From UHGV virus genome UHGV-0384735: 42,060 nt of DNA. One strand, given 5' to 3'. The notes under the pieces were generated by a model. It was not told the origin of the DNA and did no database searches. It saw only the letters and a program-made list of their open reading frames with translations. Position numbers and translations under genes: made by a program. Below, piece after piece: positions 25,341 to 34,065 of the stretch. How positions within the stretch are numbered: the first letter of the stretch is position 1; the number at the start of each line of letters is the position of its first letter. The DNA comes from a virus.

Positions 25341-25929
25341 GAGAGATAAAACATCTATTGCCACAGAGAAGAAGAAGGAGTTTGCGAGGCTCTTGGTTGA
25401 GTCAAAATTGTCCAAGGCGGACGCTTATCGTAAGGCCTACAATCGCAAGGATATGAGTAATGACGCAGCCAGCAAGGCGGCTTCTCGTTTGTCCAAAGAT
25501 GGCGAAGTTTTGCGAATGATTGACGAATTGAACGCCCAGTTGGACAGATCAGCGGTTGCCACCAAGCAGGAATGCCTTGAGTTTCTTACTGCTGTGTTAC
25601 GTACACCAATTGGAGAAGTGGGCGAAGATTCTCCTTTATGCCAAGAGGTTGCCTACACGGATTCAGGGATGCGCAAGAAGATGCCCGGCAAGATTGAGGC
25701 GGTGAGGGAACTTTCCAAGCTGGCCGGTTACAATGAACCGGAACCGGTGGATGTACCAGGGCTTTCAAAGATTGCCGCAGTACTTGCCGGAACGAAACAG
25801 GAGCATCTTGTACATCCTGATAATGGTAAAGCCGCTCCGATTGAGTTTGATAGTGAGGAGGAAGCATCGGAAGACAAGGAACGCCGCCCAGGGTTACTAG
25901 ACGGCGTGGGGAATGAACCGTTGGTTTAA
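25333..25929 (+). CDS. terS: Terminase small subunit
   Basis: KKKEFARLLVESKLSKADAYRKAYN...ASRLSKDGEVLRMI matches the HTH pattern typical of small terminase subunits (Terminase_2-like). Confidence 0.7.
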   Translation: MSKRDKTSIATEKKKEFARLLVESKLSKADAYRKAYNRKDMSNDAASKAASRLSKDGEVLRMIDELNAQLDRSAVATKQECLEFLTAVLRTPIGEVGEDSPLCQEVAYTDSGMRKKMPGKIEAVRELSKLAGYNEPEPVDVPGLSKIAAVLAGTKQEHLVHPDNGKAAPIEFDSEEEASEDKERRPGLLDGVGNEPLV

Positions 25930-26903
25930 AGTTCTATTTCACACGATTCCAGACTTGGGTTGCCCTTTAACTTCATTTCGTTTTGAATAAATTGAATTTT
26001 ATCTTCTGATATTTTTTCAATTTGCTCGTTTTTTTCAAACAATCCTTTATCTAAAAGATATTCTACTACTTTATTATAATTTAACAATCTACCTAAAGAA
26101 TGCAATATTTTCCAATCTTCACCTAAAAAACTGTATTTTAGTATCTCCAAGTGTTCCATTTTTTGTTCAATATTTAAATTTTTATTTTTAATTATAAATA
26201 ATATAAGACTATATGAAGAATCAACCCAAGGTCTTATCATATTAACTTGCAAGACAAGAACATCAAAATTCCAAATTTCATTATTATTTTTAATAATTGC
26301 ATATGCGTCACGCGACATATCCAGTGGATACACAAAGAATTTTTCCCTCTTTTTCCTTTCAATATCAGAAATAACCGATTTTATATGTAATTCCACCCTA
26401 CTTAAATTATCATATAGCATATTAATTGCATCTCTTCCGCTATCTCCGCAAATTTGGATTTCATCTTGAAGTCTTCTGATAATAGGAATCTGGTTGTAGA
26501 AAAAACTCTCAAACTGTTGAATTTTCATCAACTTATTTTGAATTTCAAATTCATTAGCCTGTCTTTCCTGTTCCCTGCATTGAGCCTTCAATTCCCTGCG
26601 TTGCAAACTCAATTCTCTTCTTTGAAGTTGAAGTTCTAAACGCTGCTGATGAAGAGCATAAATGAAACAAATGAAAGCGAATCCGGAAAACAAGGCATTT
26701 AAACCTCCGTACATATCACCACTGATTCCGAAACGAGAGGTTTCTGGAAAATTGATTCCTTCAAACAACCTGTCCGCTATACTAAGACTTCCCCATGTGA
26801 TGAAGGGCCATGCAATGAAAAGTACGGAGACAATGATGAGCAAGCCATACATACAATTCCGCTTTGAAGGTTTCTTTTTCGGAGAAGATTCTTGATCTGC
26901 CAT
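25926..26903 (-). CDS. AT-rich moron encoding a 2TM plus coiled-coil plus about 200-aa C-terminal domain protein. Candidate abortive-infection or superinfection-exclusion factor.
   Basis: 325 aa, about 30% GC. TM1 is GLLIIVSVLFIAWPFITWG and TM2 is GGLNALFSGFAFICFIYAL. Coiled coil LELQLQRRELSLQRRELKAQ. It is antisense to the flanking phage genes and has its own sigma70-like promoter. Confidence 0.6.
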   Translation of the reverse strand: MADQESSPKKKPSKRNCMYGLLIIVSVLFIAWPFITWGSLSIADRLFEGINFPETSRFGISGDMYGGLNALFSGFAFICFIYALHQQRLELQLQRRELSLQRRELKAQCREQERQANEFEIQNKLMKIQQFESFFYNQIPIIRRLQDEIQICGDSGRDAINMLYDNLSRVELHIKSVISDIERKKREKFFVYPLDMSRDAYAIIKNNNEIWNFDVLVLQVNMIRPWVDSSYSLILFIIKNKNLNIEQKMEHLEILKYSFLGEDWKILHSLGRLLNYNKVVEYLLDKGLFEKNEQIEKISEDKIQFIQNEMKLKGNPSLESCEIEL

Positions 26904-26911
26904 AGAGGAAA

Positions 26912-26940
26912 ATATAATCCCTTCATATCCCGATTGTCAA
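26912..26940 (-). promoter_or_regulatory. Sigma70-like promoter of the moron gene: TTGACA, 17 nt spacer, TTATAT. The mRNA is near-leaderless.
   Basis: On the minus strand, ttgaca (the + strand reads tgtcaa at 26935-26940), a 17-nt spacer, then ttatat (the + strand reads atataa at 26912-26917). The -10 ends about 8 nt before the ATG at 26903. Confidence 0.55.
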
Positions 26941-26972
26941 AGTATTTCACCAATCTAACCATACAGATTTAG

Positions 26973-26991
26973 TCAAGTTACGGTTGTATTC
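26973..26991 (+). promoter_or_regulatory. Conserved putative late-promoter motif, copy 1 (TCAAGTTACGGTTGTATTC)
   Basis: The same 19-mer occurs at 34006 and 40945. It ends 32 nt upstream of the ATG of the gp12-like gene. Confidence 0.5.
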
Positions 26992-27022
26992 ATCCTTCGT
27001 TACTTTGTTGTAATGATGGTAC

Positions 27023-29848
27023 ATGATTCGATGCGCTTTCAACGGAGGCGAGCTTTCTCCTACTTCCGCCGTCCGGGCAGACTTGGATAATTTTCACCGC
27101 GGGGCTTCCAGGATTGAGAATCTGGACCTGGGCCAGATGGGCGGCGTTTCCCGGCGCCGCGGGTTCCGGCGCGTGGCTGCCGCTTTAGAGGGTTCCGTGA
27201 TTTTGCCTTATGTTTATTCCACCAATGACCGTTTTCTTGTGGAGGTGTCCCCTTCCCTGCTGCGCGTGTTGTCCGCCGAGGGGGATGTGGTTGCCTCCCT
27301 GCCTTCCGTGTGGAGCCAGGACGATGTTTCCGCTTTGCGCCACAAACAGGTGAACAGCATGTTGTTTCTGGCCTGCCCCACGCATGAGCTGATGGTGCTG
27401 AAACGGGATGACGAGGGCATGTTTTCCCTGGCTCCCTATGAGTTTAAGGCCCGCCCCTGGCGGTATGAGGAGTTCCGGGATTTTCCGGTGCGCCTGACGT
27501 TGGATGAGGGGTGTTACAGGGTGTCTTTCGGGGAGCATGCGTCCGATGCGGATGCGGCGGTTAACGAGGGGGATGTGATGCGCGTCCAGGTGACGGTGCC
27601 CCAGCAGACCGGGTTCAGCACGGGGGCCGTCATCCGCCAGGGCTGGGTGATTGCCAAGGCGTTTACGGCGGCTTCCTCCTATGCCGCGGGCAGGAAGTTG
27701 TGTATTAATGAGGGGAGCTATTGGTCCTGGTGGACGTGCGACAGGGATTTTAACGGGGCGGCGGATTTTGTGGACGGCCTGACGTCTCCGGCGGATTATC
27801 CGGAGCATTTTCATAAGGGTGTGATTTGCCATTCCAATACGATTACCTGCAAGGGGACCTGGACGTTTTATTGTTATAAGGAGTGGTACGGCACGTATGC
27901 CGTGGAGCGGCGTTTCCCGAATGAGGATTGGCAGCTGCTTGGTACGTCCAATTCCCCGGTGGGGGCTGCTTCCAATTTGCAGCTGACCGGGGACGAGGCG
28001 GGGGAGGAGTGTTATTTGCGCCTGATGTTGTATGAGTCCCAGCTTTCCAATGGTTCCGATCCCAGCCAGGGGTTTCCGGCTGATTCCTGCGGGAATAAGC
28101 TGGTGGTGGATGCTTATAAGAAGGATGTGGTGCTGCGGCTGCATTCCCTGTCTACCAGCGACGTGCGCAAGTTGACGCTGCCTTTGGGGAGTGATTTTTG
28201 CGATTTTTTCGAGAAGAAGGGGCTGCCGTTTTTTTCCGCATTGTTGGTTGATGGGGCCAAGGTGGACGGCGGGTTTGAGGTGTCCAGGGAGGGACGGACG
28301 CTGACGGTGAAGCCCGATGGGTTGACGACGGATGATGTCGGCGCCGGGAGTATGGTGCGCCTGGAATGGGAGCAGGCAGAGGTGAGTTTGGACCGGTTTG
28401 CGGAGGGGTCGATTGAGATGTATCGTTTTTTTCTTCCGGCGGGTACAGTCGTGTCGATGCAGGGGTTTGTCTGCGTTTATGCCGGGCAGACGATTCAGCT
28501 GAATTCAACGTTGAATGTGTGTTCTTTTTGCGAGGGCAACGGTGGTTCTTATTCGTTGATGCCTGTGTTTTCCACGATGGAGAAGGCATCTTTTACAGTG
28601 CCGGAGGACGGAGTTTATGTGGTGAGGATGGAGACCTGGCCCGGAGGGTCCGTCAGCCAACGGGCCAGAGCGCAACTGGAGGCGCCTGCCTGCACGGCGT
28701 GGATGGAGGCAGAGGCTGCCGAGGTGACGGCTTCCGCGGAGTATTCTCTTTGGGATAATATTTCCGCGGTTCCGGAGGGGGTTCCCCCGTCCGGGGAGTC
28801 GTTGATGTGGAGTTTCGCGGCGTTCCGGGGGGTGTACGGGTTTCCTTCCCTCGTGGATGTGTTTCAGCAGCGCCTGGTATTGGCCGCTACGCAGGCCCAG
28901 CCGCAGACGGTGTGGTTGAGCAAGACGGATGACCTCAACAGTTTCGAGGTGGGGAAGCAGGATGATTCCGCGCTGGCTTTGACGTTGAGCACCACAACGC
29001 AAAACAGGATTTGCTGGCTGATGGCGCAGAGTTCCCGGCTGCTGCTGGGGACGGCGGACGCGGAGTGGGCGGTGTCCGGCGGCCAGGGGGTGATGACTTA
29101 CTCCAATGCGCGGGCGGACAGCCACGGGTTTGTGGGGTCTTCCGATGTACCAGCCCTGATGGCGACCGATAAGGTGCTGTATGTGGAGAGGGGCGGCGGA
29201 CGGGTGTATCAGTACGGGTATGATTATGAGAGCGACGGGTTCGTGTCCCGCGATTTGACGGTGTTTGCCGATCATGTGCTGGCCGACGGCGGCGGGTGCC
29301 GGGGTGTTGCTTTTGTGCGCAAGCCGGAGCCGCGGGCGGTGTTTGTGCGCCGGGACGGGGTGCTGGCGCTGATGACTTATAATAGCATGCACCAGGTGCA
29401 TGCCTGGCACCGGTACACGACAGATGGGGTGTTCGAAGGGGTAGCCGTTTTGCCCAATGGGGATCAGGCGGATTTGCTGTTTGCCCTGGTGTCGCGGGAG
29501 GATGGACGGTTTATTGAGGTGCTGGCGCCGGGTAATGAGTTTCAGGATCCGGGAGGCAGGGATTTTGTGTCTGTGCTGGAGACTAACGCCCTGATTTCTC
29601 TTGAAGCTGCTGGACGCCGCCAGCATAGCGGCGGAGTGATGTTTTTCTTTGGCTCTGATGCACTGGTGGATGGTGTTGAGGTAAGCATTGACGGAACCCG
29701 TTGGGATGTACTGGACCGTTCCCCGTCTTCGTTTTTAACAAGGGGATGGCATTCTCTAGTTGCTGATGGATGCTGGAATTACGATTCCATGGTGGGCATC
29801 CGCGTTTCCGGCAACCGCGATTTCAATTTATTAGCTATTCAGGCATAA
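27023..29848 (+). CDS. Tail tubular protein B / nozzle (T7 gp12-like), 941 aa
   Basis: N-terminus FNGGELSPTSAVRADLDNFHRGASR is comparable to T7 gp12 (KNLKGGISQQPDILRYPDQGSRQ). The large Trp/Cys-rich protein is preceded by the late-promoter motif. Its stop overlaps the TerL ATG (TAATG). Confidence 0.4.
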   Translation: MIRCAFNGGELSPTSAVRADLDNFHRGASRIENLDLGQMGGVSRRRGFRRVAAALEGSVILPYVYSTNDRFLVEVSPSLLRVLSAEGDVVASLPSVWSQDDVSALRHKQVNSMLFLACPTHELMVLKRDDEGMFSLAPYEFKARPWRYEEFRDFPVRLTLDEGCYRVSFGEHASDADAAVNEGDVMRVQVTVPQQTGFSTGAVIRQGWVIAKAFTAASSYAAGRKLCINEGSYWSWWTCDRDFNGAADFVDGLTSPADYPEHFHKGVICHSNTITCKGTWTFYCYKEWYGTYAVERRFPNEDWQLLGTSNSPVGAASNLQLTGDEAGEECYLRLMLYESQLSNGSDPSQGFPADSCGNKLVVDAYKKDVVLRLHSLSTSDVRKLTLPLGSDFCDFFEKKGLPFFSALLVDGAKVDGGFEVSREGRTLTVKPDGLTTDDVGAGSMVRLEWEQAEVSLDRFAEGSIEMYRFFLPAGTVVSMQGFVCVYAGQTIQLNSTLNVCSFCEGNGGSYSLMPVFSTMEKASFTVPEDGVYVVRMETWPGGSVSQRARAQLEAPACTAWMEAEAAEVTASAEYSLWDNISAVPEGVPPSGESLMWSFAAFRGVYGFPSLVDVFQQRLVLAATQAQPQTVWLSKTDDLNSFEVGKQDDSALALTLSTTTQNRICWLMAQSSRLLLGTADAEWAVSGGQGVMTYSNARADSHGFVGSSDVPALMATDKVLYVERGGGRVYQYGYDYESDGFVSRDLTVFADHVLADGGGCRGVAFVRKPEPRAVFVRRDGVLALMTYNSMHQVHAWHRYTTDGVFEGVAVLPNGDQADLLFALVSREDGRFIEVLAPGNEFQDPGGRDFVSVLETNALISLEAAGRRQHSGGVMFFFGSDALVDGVEVSIDGTRWDVLDRSPSSFLTRGWHSLVADGCWNYDSMVGIRVSGNRDFNLLAIQA

Positions 29849-31479
29849 TGGATAATAATATAGAGATTCTGAAAGAACAGCTTTCCGACCGCGTGTGGAG
29901 GTTAAATCACTTGTACTGGATTATCAATAAAGAGGGCAAGATGCAAAGGTTCCAGTTGAATTGGGCCCAGCGGCGGCTTCATGAGCAGTTATGGTACAGG
30001 AATGACATTCTGAAAGCGCGCCAGCTGGGCATTTCCACGTATGTAGCCATGCTGATGCTGGATATGAGCCTGTTCCGGCCCAATTTCCATTGCGGTATCA
30101 TTGATAAAACTTTGGTGGATGGAACAGGCAAGATTGGCAAAATTGAGTTGGCTTACAGGAGTTTGGACTATGTACCGGATGATCCCACGGAAGAAGACCT
30201 TGCCCTGGCCGAGTTAGGACGCCTCATCAAAGGGGAGATTCAAGCCAGGCCTTCCAAAACGACGGTGTCTTTTTCCAATGGGAGTAAAATTACAGCCGGC
30301 ACATCTCTCCGCGGCGGCACATTTCAGTTTTTGCATGTCTCGGAACTTGGATACGTCGCGGCCCATGCCCCTCTGAGGGCCCGCGAGATTGTGACAGGGG
30401 CCATGAACGCCGTTTCCAAAGACGGCGTGATTGTCCGGGAATCCACCCATGAGGGAGGAAAGTTTGGCCTCAATTACGAGATGACCAAGGCGTCCATGGA
30501 GATGGTCGGCAAACCTCTTTCTTCCCTGGATTGGAAGTTTTTTTTCTTTCCCTGGTGGAAGAATCCGGAGTATTTCCTTGAAGCTGATGATGAGCATGGA
30601 TGCAGTTTCCCGGAGGATTTACAGAAGTATTTCGAGGATTTGAGGTTAAGGTGCGGCATTTCCCTGAATGATGCCCAGAAGCGTTGGTACGCCTCCCAAC
30701 ACAAGACATTTGGAGGATTGGTCCGTCAGGAATATCCTTCCACACCGGAAGAGGCGTTTCAGGCATTGGTGGAGGGATCCATTTATGGTTCTTACATGGA
30801 CGCATTACGTTCCAAGGGCCGACTATGCGCCGAGTTTGAAAAGGATGATCTGGCTCCCTATTATGTGTCCTGGGATATTGGCATGGCTGATTATATGGTT
30901 CTCTGGCTCTGGCAGGTGAGGGGAGACGGCAAGTTTTACGTGATGGATTGCTTGCAGGCCAATGAAAAGCCCTTGGAGTGGTATATCAATTTCATCCGCA
31001 CGAAGTGGGAAGTGATGTTTGGCCCCATTTACAAACATCTGGTTCCCCACGACGCAGGGAGGAGAGATCCCCACGGGATTACCTTTGACGTGTATTTGAG
31101 GCGAGCAGGGTTCAATGTGTCCGTAGTGCCGCGCATTTCCGATGTGTGGAATGGTATTTTTGCGGTACGGCGCCTCCTGAATCATTGCATTTTTCATGAA
31201 CGATGCTCCCGGCCCCTGAAAATTGACGGAGTGGAATATATGTCTGGCGTAAATGCCCTGGAGAATTATCAGAAGGCCCCGGCAGGAGCACATGGTGTTG
31301 AACGGGATACCCCCCTGCATAATAGGTGTTCTCACGCCGCGGACGCATTCAGGACATTTGCGGAAGCTTATGAAAATGGACTTGTTGGAGCAGTTGGAGC
31401 TGTTGCCATGCCTGCCCAAGCGGTAGAATCACGCCAGACACGAGGACTTGCCATAGGCGCGGATGCACTCTTTTTCTAA
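29848..31479 (+). CDS. terL: Terminase large subunit
   Basis: ILKARQLGISTY is a Walker A variant like T4 gp17 (SRQLGKT). C-terminal nuclease-like region (VMDCLQ...HDAGRRDPHGIT). 543 aa from the ATG at 29848; the tool ORF began at 29770. Confidence 0.7.
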   Translation: MDNNIEILKEQLSDRVWRLNHLYWIINKEGKMQRFQLNWAQRRLHEQLWYRNDILKARQLGISTYVAMLMLDMSLFRPNFHCGIIDKTLVDGTGKIGKIELAYRSLDYVPDDPTEEDLALAELGRLIKGEIQARPSKTTVSFSNGSKITAGTSLRGGTFQFLHVSELGYVAAHAPLRAREIVTGAMNAVSKDGVIVRESTHEGGKFGLNYEMTKASMEMVGKPLSSLDWKFFFFPWWKNPEYFLEADDEHGCSFPEDLQKYFEDLRLRCGISLNDAQKRWYASQHKTFGGLVRQEYPSTPEEAFQALVEGSIYGSYMDALRSKGRLCAEFEKDDLAPYYVSWDIGMADYMVLWLWQVRGDGKFYVMDCLQANEKPLEWYINFIRTKWEVMFGPIYKHLVPHDAGRRDPHGITFDVYLRRAGFNVSVVPRISDVWNGIFAVRRLLNHCIFHERCSRPLKIDGVEYMSGVNALENYQKAPAGAHGVERDTPLHNRCSHAADAFRTFAEAYENGLVGAVGAVAMPAQAVESRQTRGLAIGADALFF

Positions 31480-31492
31480 ACTCCACCGAAAA

Positions 31493-31514
31493 GCCACACG
31501 TCAGCCACACGCCA
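31493..31514 (+). repeat. Tandem GCCACACG(T/C)CA repeats, a candidate integrase arm-type site (P arm)
   Basis: gccacacgtca then gccacacgcca, 14 nt after the TerL stop and about 100 nt left of the att core. A mirror pair sits at 31726-31748. Confidence 0.45.
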
Positions 31515-31616
31515 CAAGCATTAAATAGATATAATTTAGATGTACGACCAATTTCAAAAATATTGAAATTACAATGATATGGTAAAATACTTTAGTCTGC
31601 CTTAATGATAAAATCT

Positions 31617-31663
31617 GCATGGGGTGCAGGGGGTCGCAGGTTCGAATCCTGTCAACCCGACCA
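31617..31663 (+). tRNA. Partial tRNA (3' T-arm, acceptor strand and CCA only). This is the attP core.
   Basis: gcagg-TTCGAAT-cctgt T-arm, then caacccg acceptor 3' strand, discriminator A and CCA, ending at 31663. No D-arm or anticodon arm lies upstream, where the sequence is an AT-rich tract. It is adjacent to the integrase. Confidence 0.6.
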
Positions 31664-31668
31664 TTTTT

Positions 31669-31708
31669 AACCGCTGTAAGATGAAACGCTTACAGCGGTT
31701 TTTGTTTT
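31669..31708 (+). terminator. Rho-independent terminator
   Basis: aaccgctgtaag-atgaaac-gcttacagcggtt hairpin followed by tttttgtttt. Confidence 0.7.
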
Positions 31709-31725
31709 CCCCTGTTTTTAGATTA

Positions 31726-31748
31726 GCCACACGTCAGGCCACACGTCA
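31726..31748 (+). repeat. Tandem GCCACACGTCA repeats, a candidate integrase arm-type site (P' arm)
   Basis: gccacacgtca then ggccacacgtca, between the att core and the int start. Confidence 0.45.
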
Positions 31749-31763
31749 AAATGAAAAAATGTT

Positions 31764-32870
31764 GTGTTGGGGTCACAGGAATGGCAAGAGATGGGTATGC
31801 GTCAATACTTCGAGCCTACCGATTACGCCCACTTGTACCGGGAAAAGAATTCTGGCATTTACTATGCTCGTGTGGATTCCAGACAAGGTGGCCGAAAAAC
31901 GATAAGACGTTCACTTAAAACAAAGGATATAAATGAGGCTATTGCCAAAATGGCTGCCTTTTTGCAGGAGATGGGGACAAATACCCCGACTATCGGAAAC
32001 ATCTCTTGGTATGTAGCAGTAGATACCTACATTGCCCAGCAAAAGATGAGGCCCAATCTTAAACCTAGGGCCCTTGAATCTGCTCTGCTTTTCGCGGAGC
32101 ATGCTCGCAAGCTGGTTGAACAAGATGTGGCAGCGGAAGCCATCACGGCCAATATGTGCCGGTTATGGTGGACCAAAAAAGCACAGAGTTGTTCGCCAAG
32201 AACGGCCAATGGAGCTCTTGGTGCAGTTCGAAAAATATTTGCTATGCTCAGGGATTCCGGGTACGTAGTTTCAGACCCTACCGCAAAACTGGAGAGATTG
32301 AGTCTGAAACCGACGGAATTTTTCATCCCGGGAAAAGAAGAATTTGTTCGTATTGTAGAAGAAATCAGGCGTGCTCCTTTACTGCGAAAGTACCGGGAAA
32401 AGAGCCTTGATTCCCCTGCAGCAGATATGGTGGCTTTTTTGGCCTACTCTGGTCTGCGGATTGAAGAAGCCCGACGCTTGGTATGGGGCGATATTGGAAA
32501 AGACTCCATATCCGTCCCGGCAATTAAACATGCAGTCAAAAGACGGATATTGTATATTAACCCAGCTCTACGGGATGTGATTGAGCGGATGAAAAAAACA
32601 AACAATAACTTGACCGCAACATCTCCTGTGTTCGTTATTGAAAACCCAAGGAAAGCTCTTACAAATGCCTGTGTCCGCCTGGGGTTGCCCCATGTCCGGG
32701 TGCATGATCTGCGCCATTTTTTCGCCACGACGTGTATTGAGCAGGGAGTAGATATTCCGACCGTGGCCAAGTGGCTGGGGCACCAGGACGGTGGAGCTCT
32801 CGCCATGCGGGTGTATGGTCATTTGCGCGACGAGCACAGCAAGGAACAGGCTTCCAGGCTGCGCTTTTGA
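31764..32870 (+). CDS. int: Tyrosine recombinase / integrase
   Basis: C-terminal catalytic region RVHDLRHFFATTCIEQGVDIPTVAKWLGHQDGGALAMRVYGHL (R...H-x-x-R...Y). The tool start is a GTG at 31764; an in-frame ATG lies at 31791 (MGMRQYFEP). Confidence 0.85.
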   Translation: MLGSQEWQEMGMRQYFEPTDYAHLYREKNSGIYYARVDSRQGGRKTIRRSLKTKDINEAIAKMAAFLQEMGTNTPTIGNISWYVAVDTYIAQQKMRPNLKPRALESALLFAEHARKLVEQDVAAEAITANMCRLWWTKKAQSCSPRTANGALGAVRKIFAMLRDSGYVVSDPTAKLERLSLKPTEFFIPGKEEFVRIVEEIRRAPLLRKYREKSLDSPAADMVAFLAYSGLRIEEARRLVWGDIGKDSISVPAIKHAVKRRILYINPALRDVIERMKKTNNNLTATSPVFVIENPRKALTNACVRLGLPHVRVHDLRHFFATTCIEQGVDIPTVAKWLGHQDGGALAMRVYGHLRDEHSKEQASRLRF

Positions 32871-32875
32871 TTGTT

Positions 32876-32917
32876 TTGTTCAAGTCGTGGGCGTTTTTGT
32901 TCAAGTCGTGATTGTAT
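32876..32917 (+). promoter_or_regulatory. Variant late-promoter motif upstream of the capsid gene: tandem TTGTTCAAGTCGTG repeats, the second in the TCAAGT-N5-TTGTAT arrangement
   Basis: ttgttcaagtcgtgg at 32876-32890 and ttgttcaagtcgtg at 32897-32910, followed by attgtat, which gives TCAAGT-cgtga-TTGTAT at 32901-32917. This is 34 nt upstream of the capsid ATG. Confidence 0.4.
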
Positions 32918-32950
32918 GTTTCCAGTCACGTTCCGTGCAATGACAGGGGC

Positions 32951-33943
32951 ATGGAGTTTAATCTTTCTATTGCAGATATACTCCGCACGAAGTATTCAAC
33001 AATTTTCGAGCGTGAGATTCAACAGGTTACGTCTATTCTTGAGCCGTATTGTTCCGTTCTCCCCGGTCGCGGGAAAGATATGGAGATTCCCTATGTGGGT
33101 AAGACGGAGTTCAAGGAGATCGGCAACAGATTCGTAGAGGCCAGCCCGCACGAGCTTTCCATGGGGAAGCGTGTAATTAAACCTCAACGTTATGCGGACT
33201 CTCTTCACAAGGATGATATTGACAACATCCTATTGAACGACCTTGAACTCAGTATCAGCGATTTTATCGCGGAAATGAAGAAGGCCGGCAAGAGGCTGCT
33301 TGATCAGGTTTTGCTTGGGGTGGTTCCCGATACGGATAATCCCGGAAAGTTCCGCATCCGTACAACTTCGGATAGTGTTTGCGGGGGAATGCTTGCACCT
33401 AATTACACGGGCAATTCAGGCGCCACGTTGACCAATCTTGATCCAAGCCTGGTTGTTCCTGCTGATTTCAAGATGGATGGAACGAAGAATCCTGCCGGGT
33501 TCCTGCTGGACCAGATTGTTGAAGCCAAGCGCATGCTGGAAGAGAATTACGCATGGGACGAGGCTTCCGGCGACACTCTTTGTCTGGCGATTTCCTCAAC
33601 GATGAAGGCGCAGATGATCATGTGGGAGGAGCAGAAGAATAAGAATTACGGTTTTTCCGTGCTGGAACATGGCAAGGTGAATCCAATGCTGAATGTCCGA
33701 TTCCTGGTCACGAATATGCTTCCGTTTGATGAGGACGGCAATCGTATTTGTCCGATGTGGGTCAAGAGCCGCCTGGTTCTTTCTCCGTGGGATCAGATGA
33801 AGTTTTCTATCGTGCGACCGGACAAGTATCAGAACCTTTCTGTTGTTCGAGCAGATGCCGCTTGCATGTATGGGGCTTCCAGGAAAGACGAAAAATCTTT
33901 CGTGCAGATTCTTTGTAAGGAGAAGGCGACGGCTGGAGCTTAA
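32951..33943 (+). CDS. Major capsid protein (T7 gp10-like, HK97 fold)
   Basis: About 330 aa from MEFNLS. The C-terminus KFSIVRPDKYQNLSVVRADAACMYGASRKD resembles the C-terminal strand region of T7 gp10A. The size matches gp10A, and the gene is preceded by the late motif. Confidence 0.55.
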   Translation: MEFNLSIADILRTKYSTIFEREIQQVTSILEPYCSVLPGRGKDMEIPYVGKTEFKEIGNRFVEASPHELSMGKRVIKPQRYADSLHKDDIDNILLNDLELSISDFIAEMKKAGKRLLDQVLLGVVPDTDNPGKFRIRTTSDSVCGGMLAPNYTGNSGATLTNLDPSLVVPADFKMDGTKNPAGFLLDQIVEAKRMLEENYAWDEASGDTLCLAISSTMKAQMIMWEEQKNKNYGFSVLEHGKVNPMLNVRFLVTNMLPFDEDGNRICPMWVKSRLVLSPWDQMKFSIVRPDKYQNLSVVRADAACMYGASRKDEKSFVQILCKEKATAGA

Positions 33944-33975
33944 TTATCTTTCCAGGGTATTCGTTGTTGTTTGTT

Positions 33976-34010
33976 CCGCTCCCTGTTTCGGCAGGGAGCG
34001 GATTTTTTTG
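33976..34010 (+). terminator. Rho-independent terminator after the capsid gene
   Basis: ccgctccctg-tttcggc-agggagcgg hairpin followed by atttttttg. Confidence 0.7.
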
Positions 34011-34024
34011 CTTGTTCAAGTTAC
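34006..34024 (+). promoter_or_regulatory. Conserved putative late-promoter motif, copy 2
   Basis: TCAAGTTACGGTTGTATTC directly after the terminator and 42 nt upstream of the tail-fibre ATG, which has an AGGGAGG RBS. Confidence 0.5.
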
Positions 34025-34065
34025 GGTTGTATTCGTGCGGCAAAAATGTGTGCTAAGAGGGAGGC

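Noticed and set aside
31617-31663. Possibility of a complete tRNA gene
   Set aside because: Only the T-arm, the acceptor 3' strand and CCA are present. No matching 5' acceptor strand (cgggttg), D-arm or anticodon arm lies upstream, where the sequence is AT-rich. It is kept as a 3' fragment/att core.
32876-32917. Tandem direct repeats (ttgttcaagtcgtg twice) considered as a CRISPR or minisatellite array
   Set aside because: There are only two 14-15 nt copies, 21 nt apart, and no further repeat-spacer periodicity. They match the late-promoter motif family instead.
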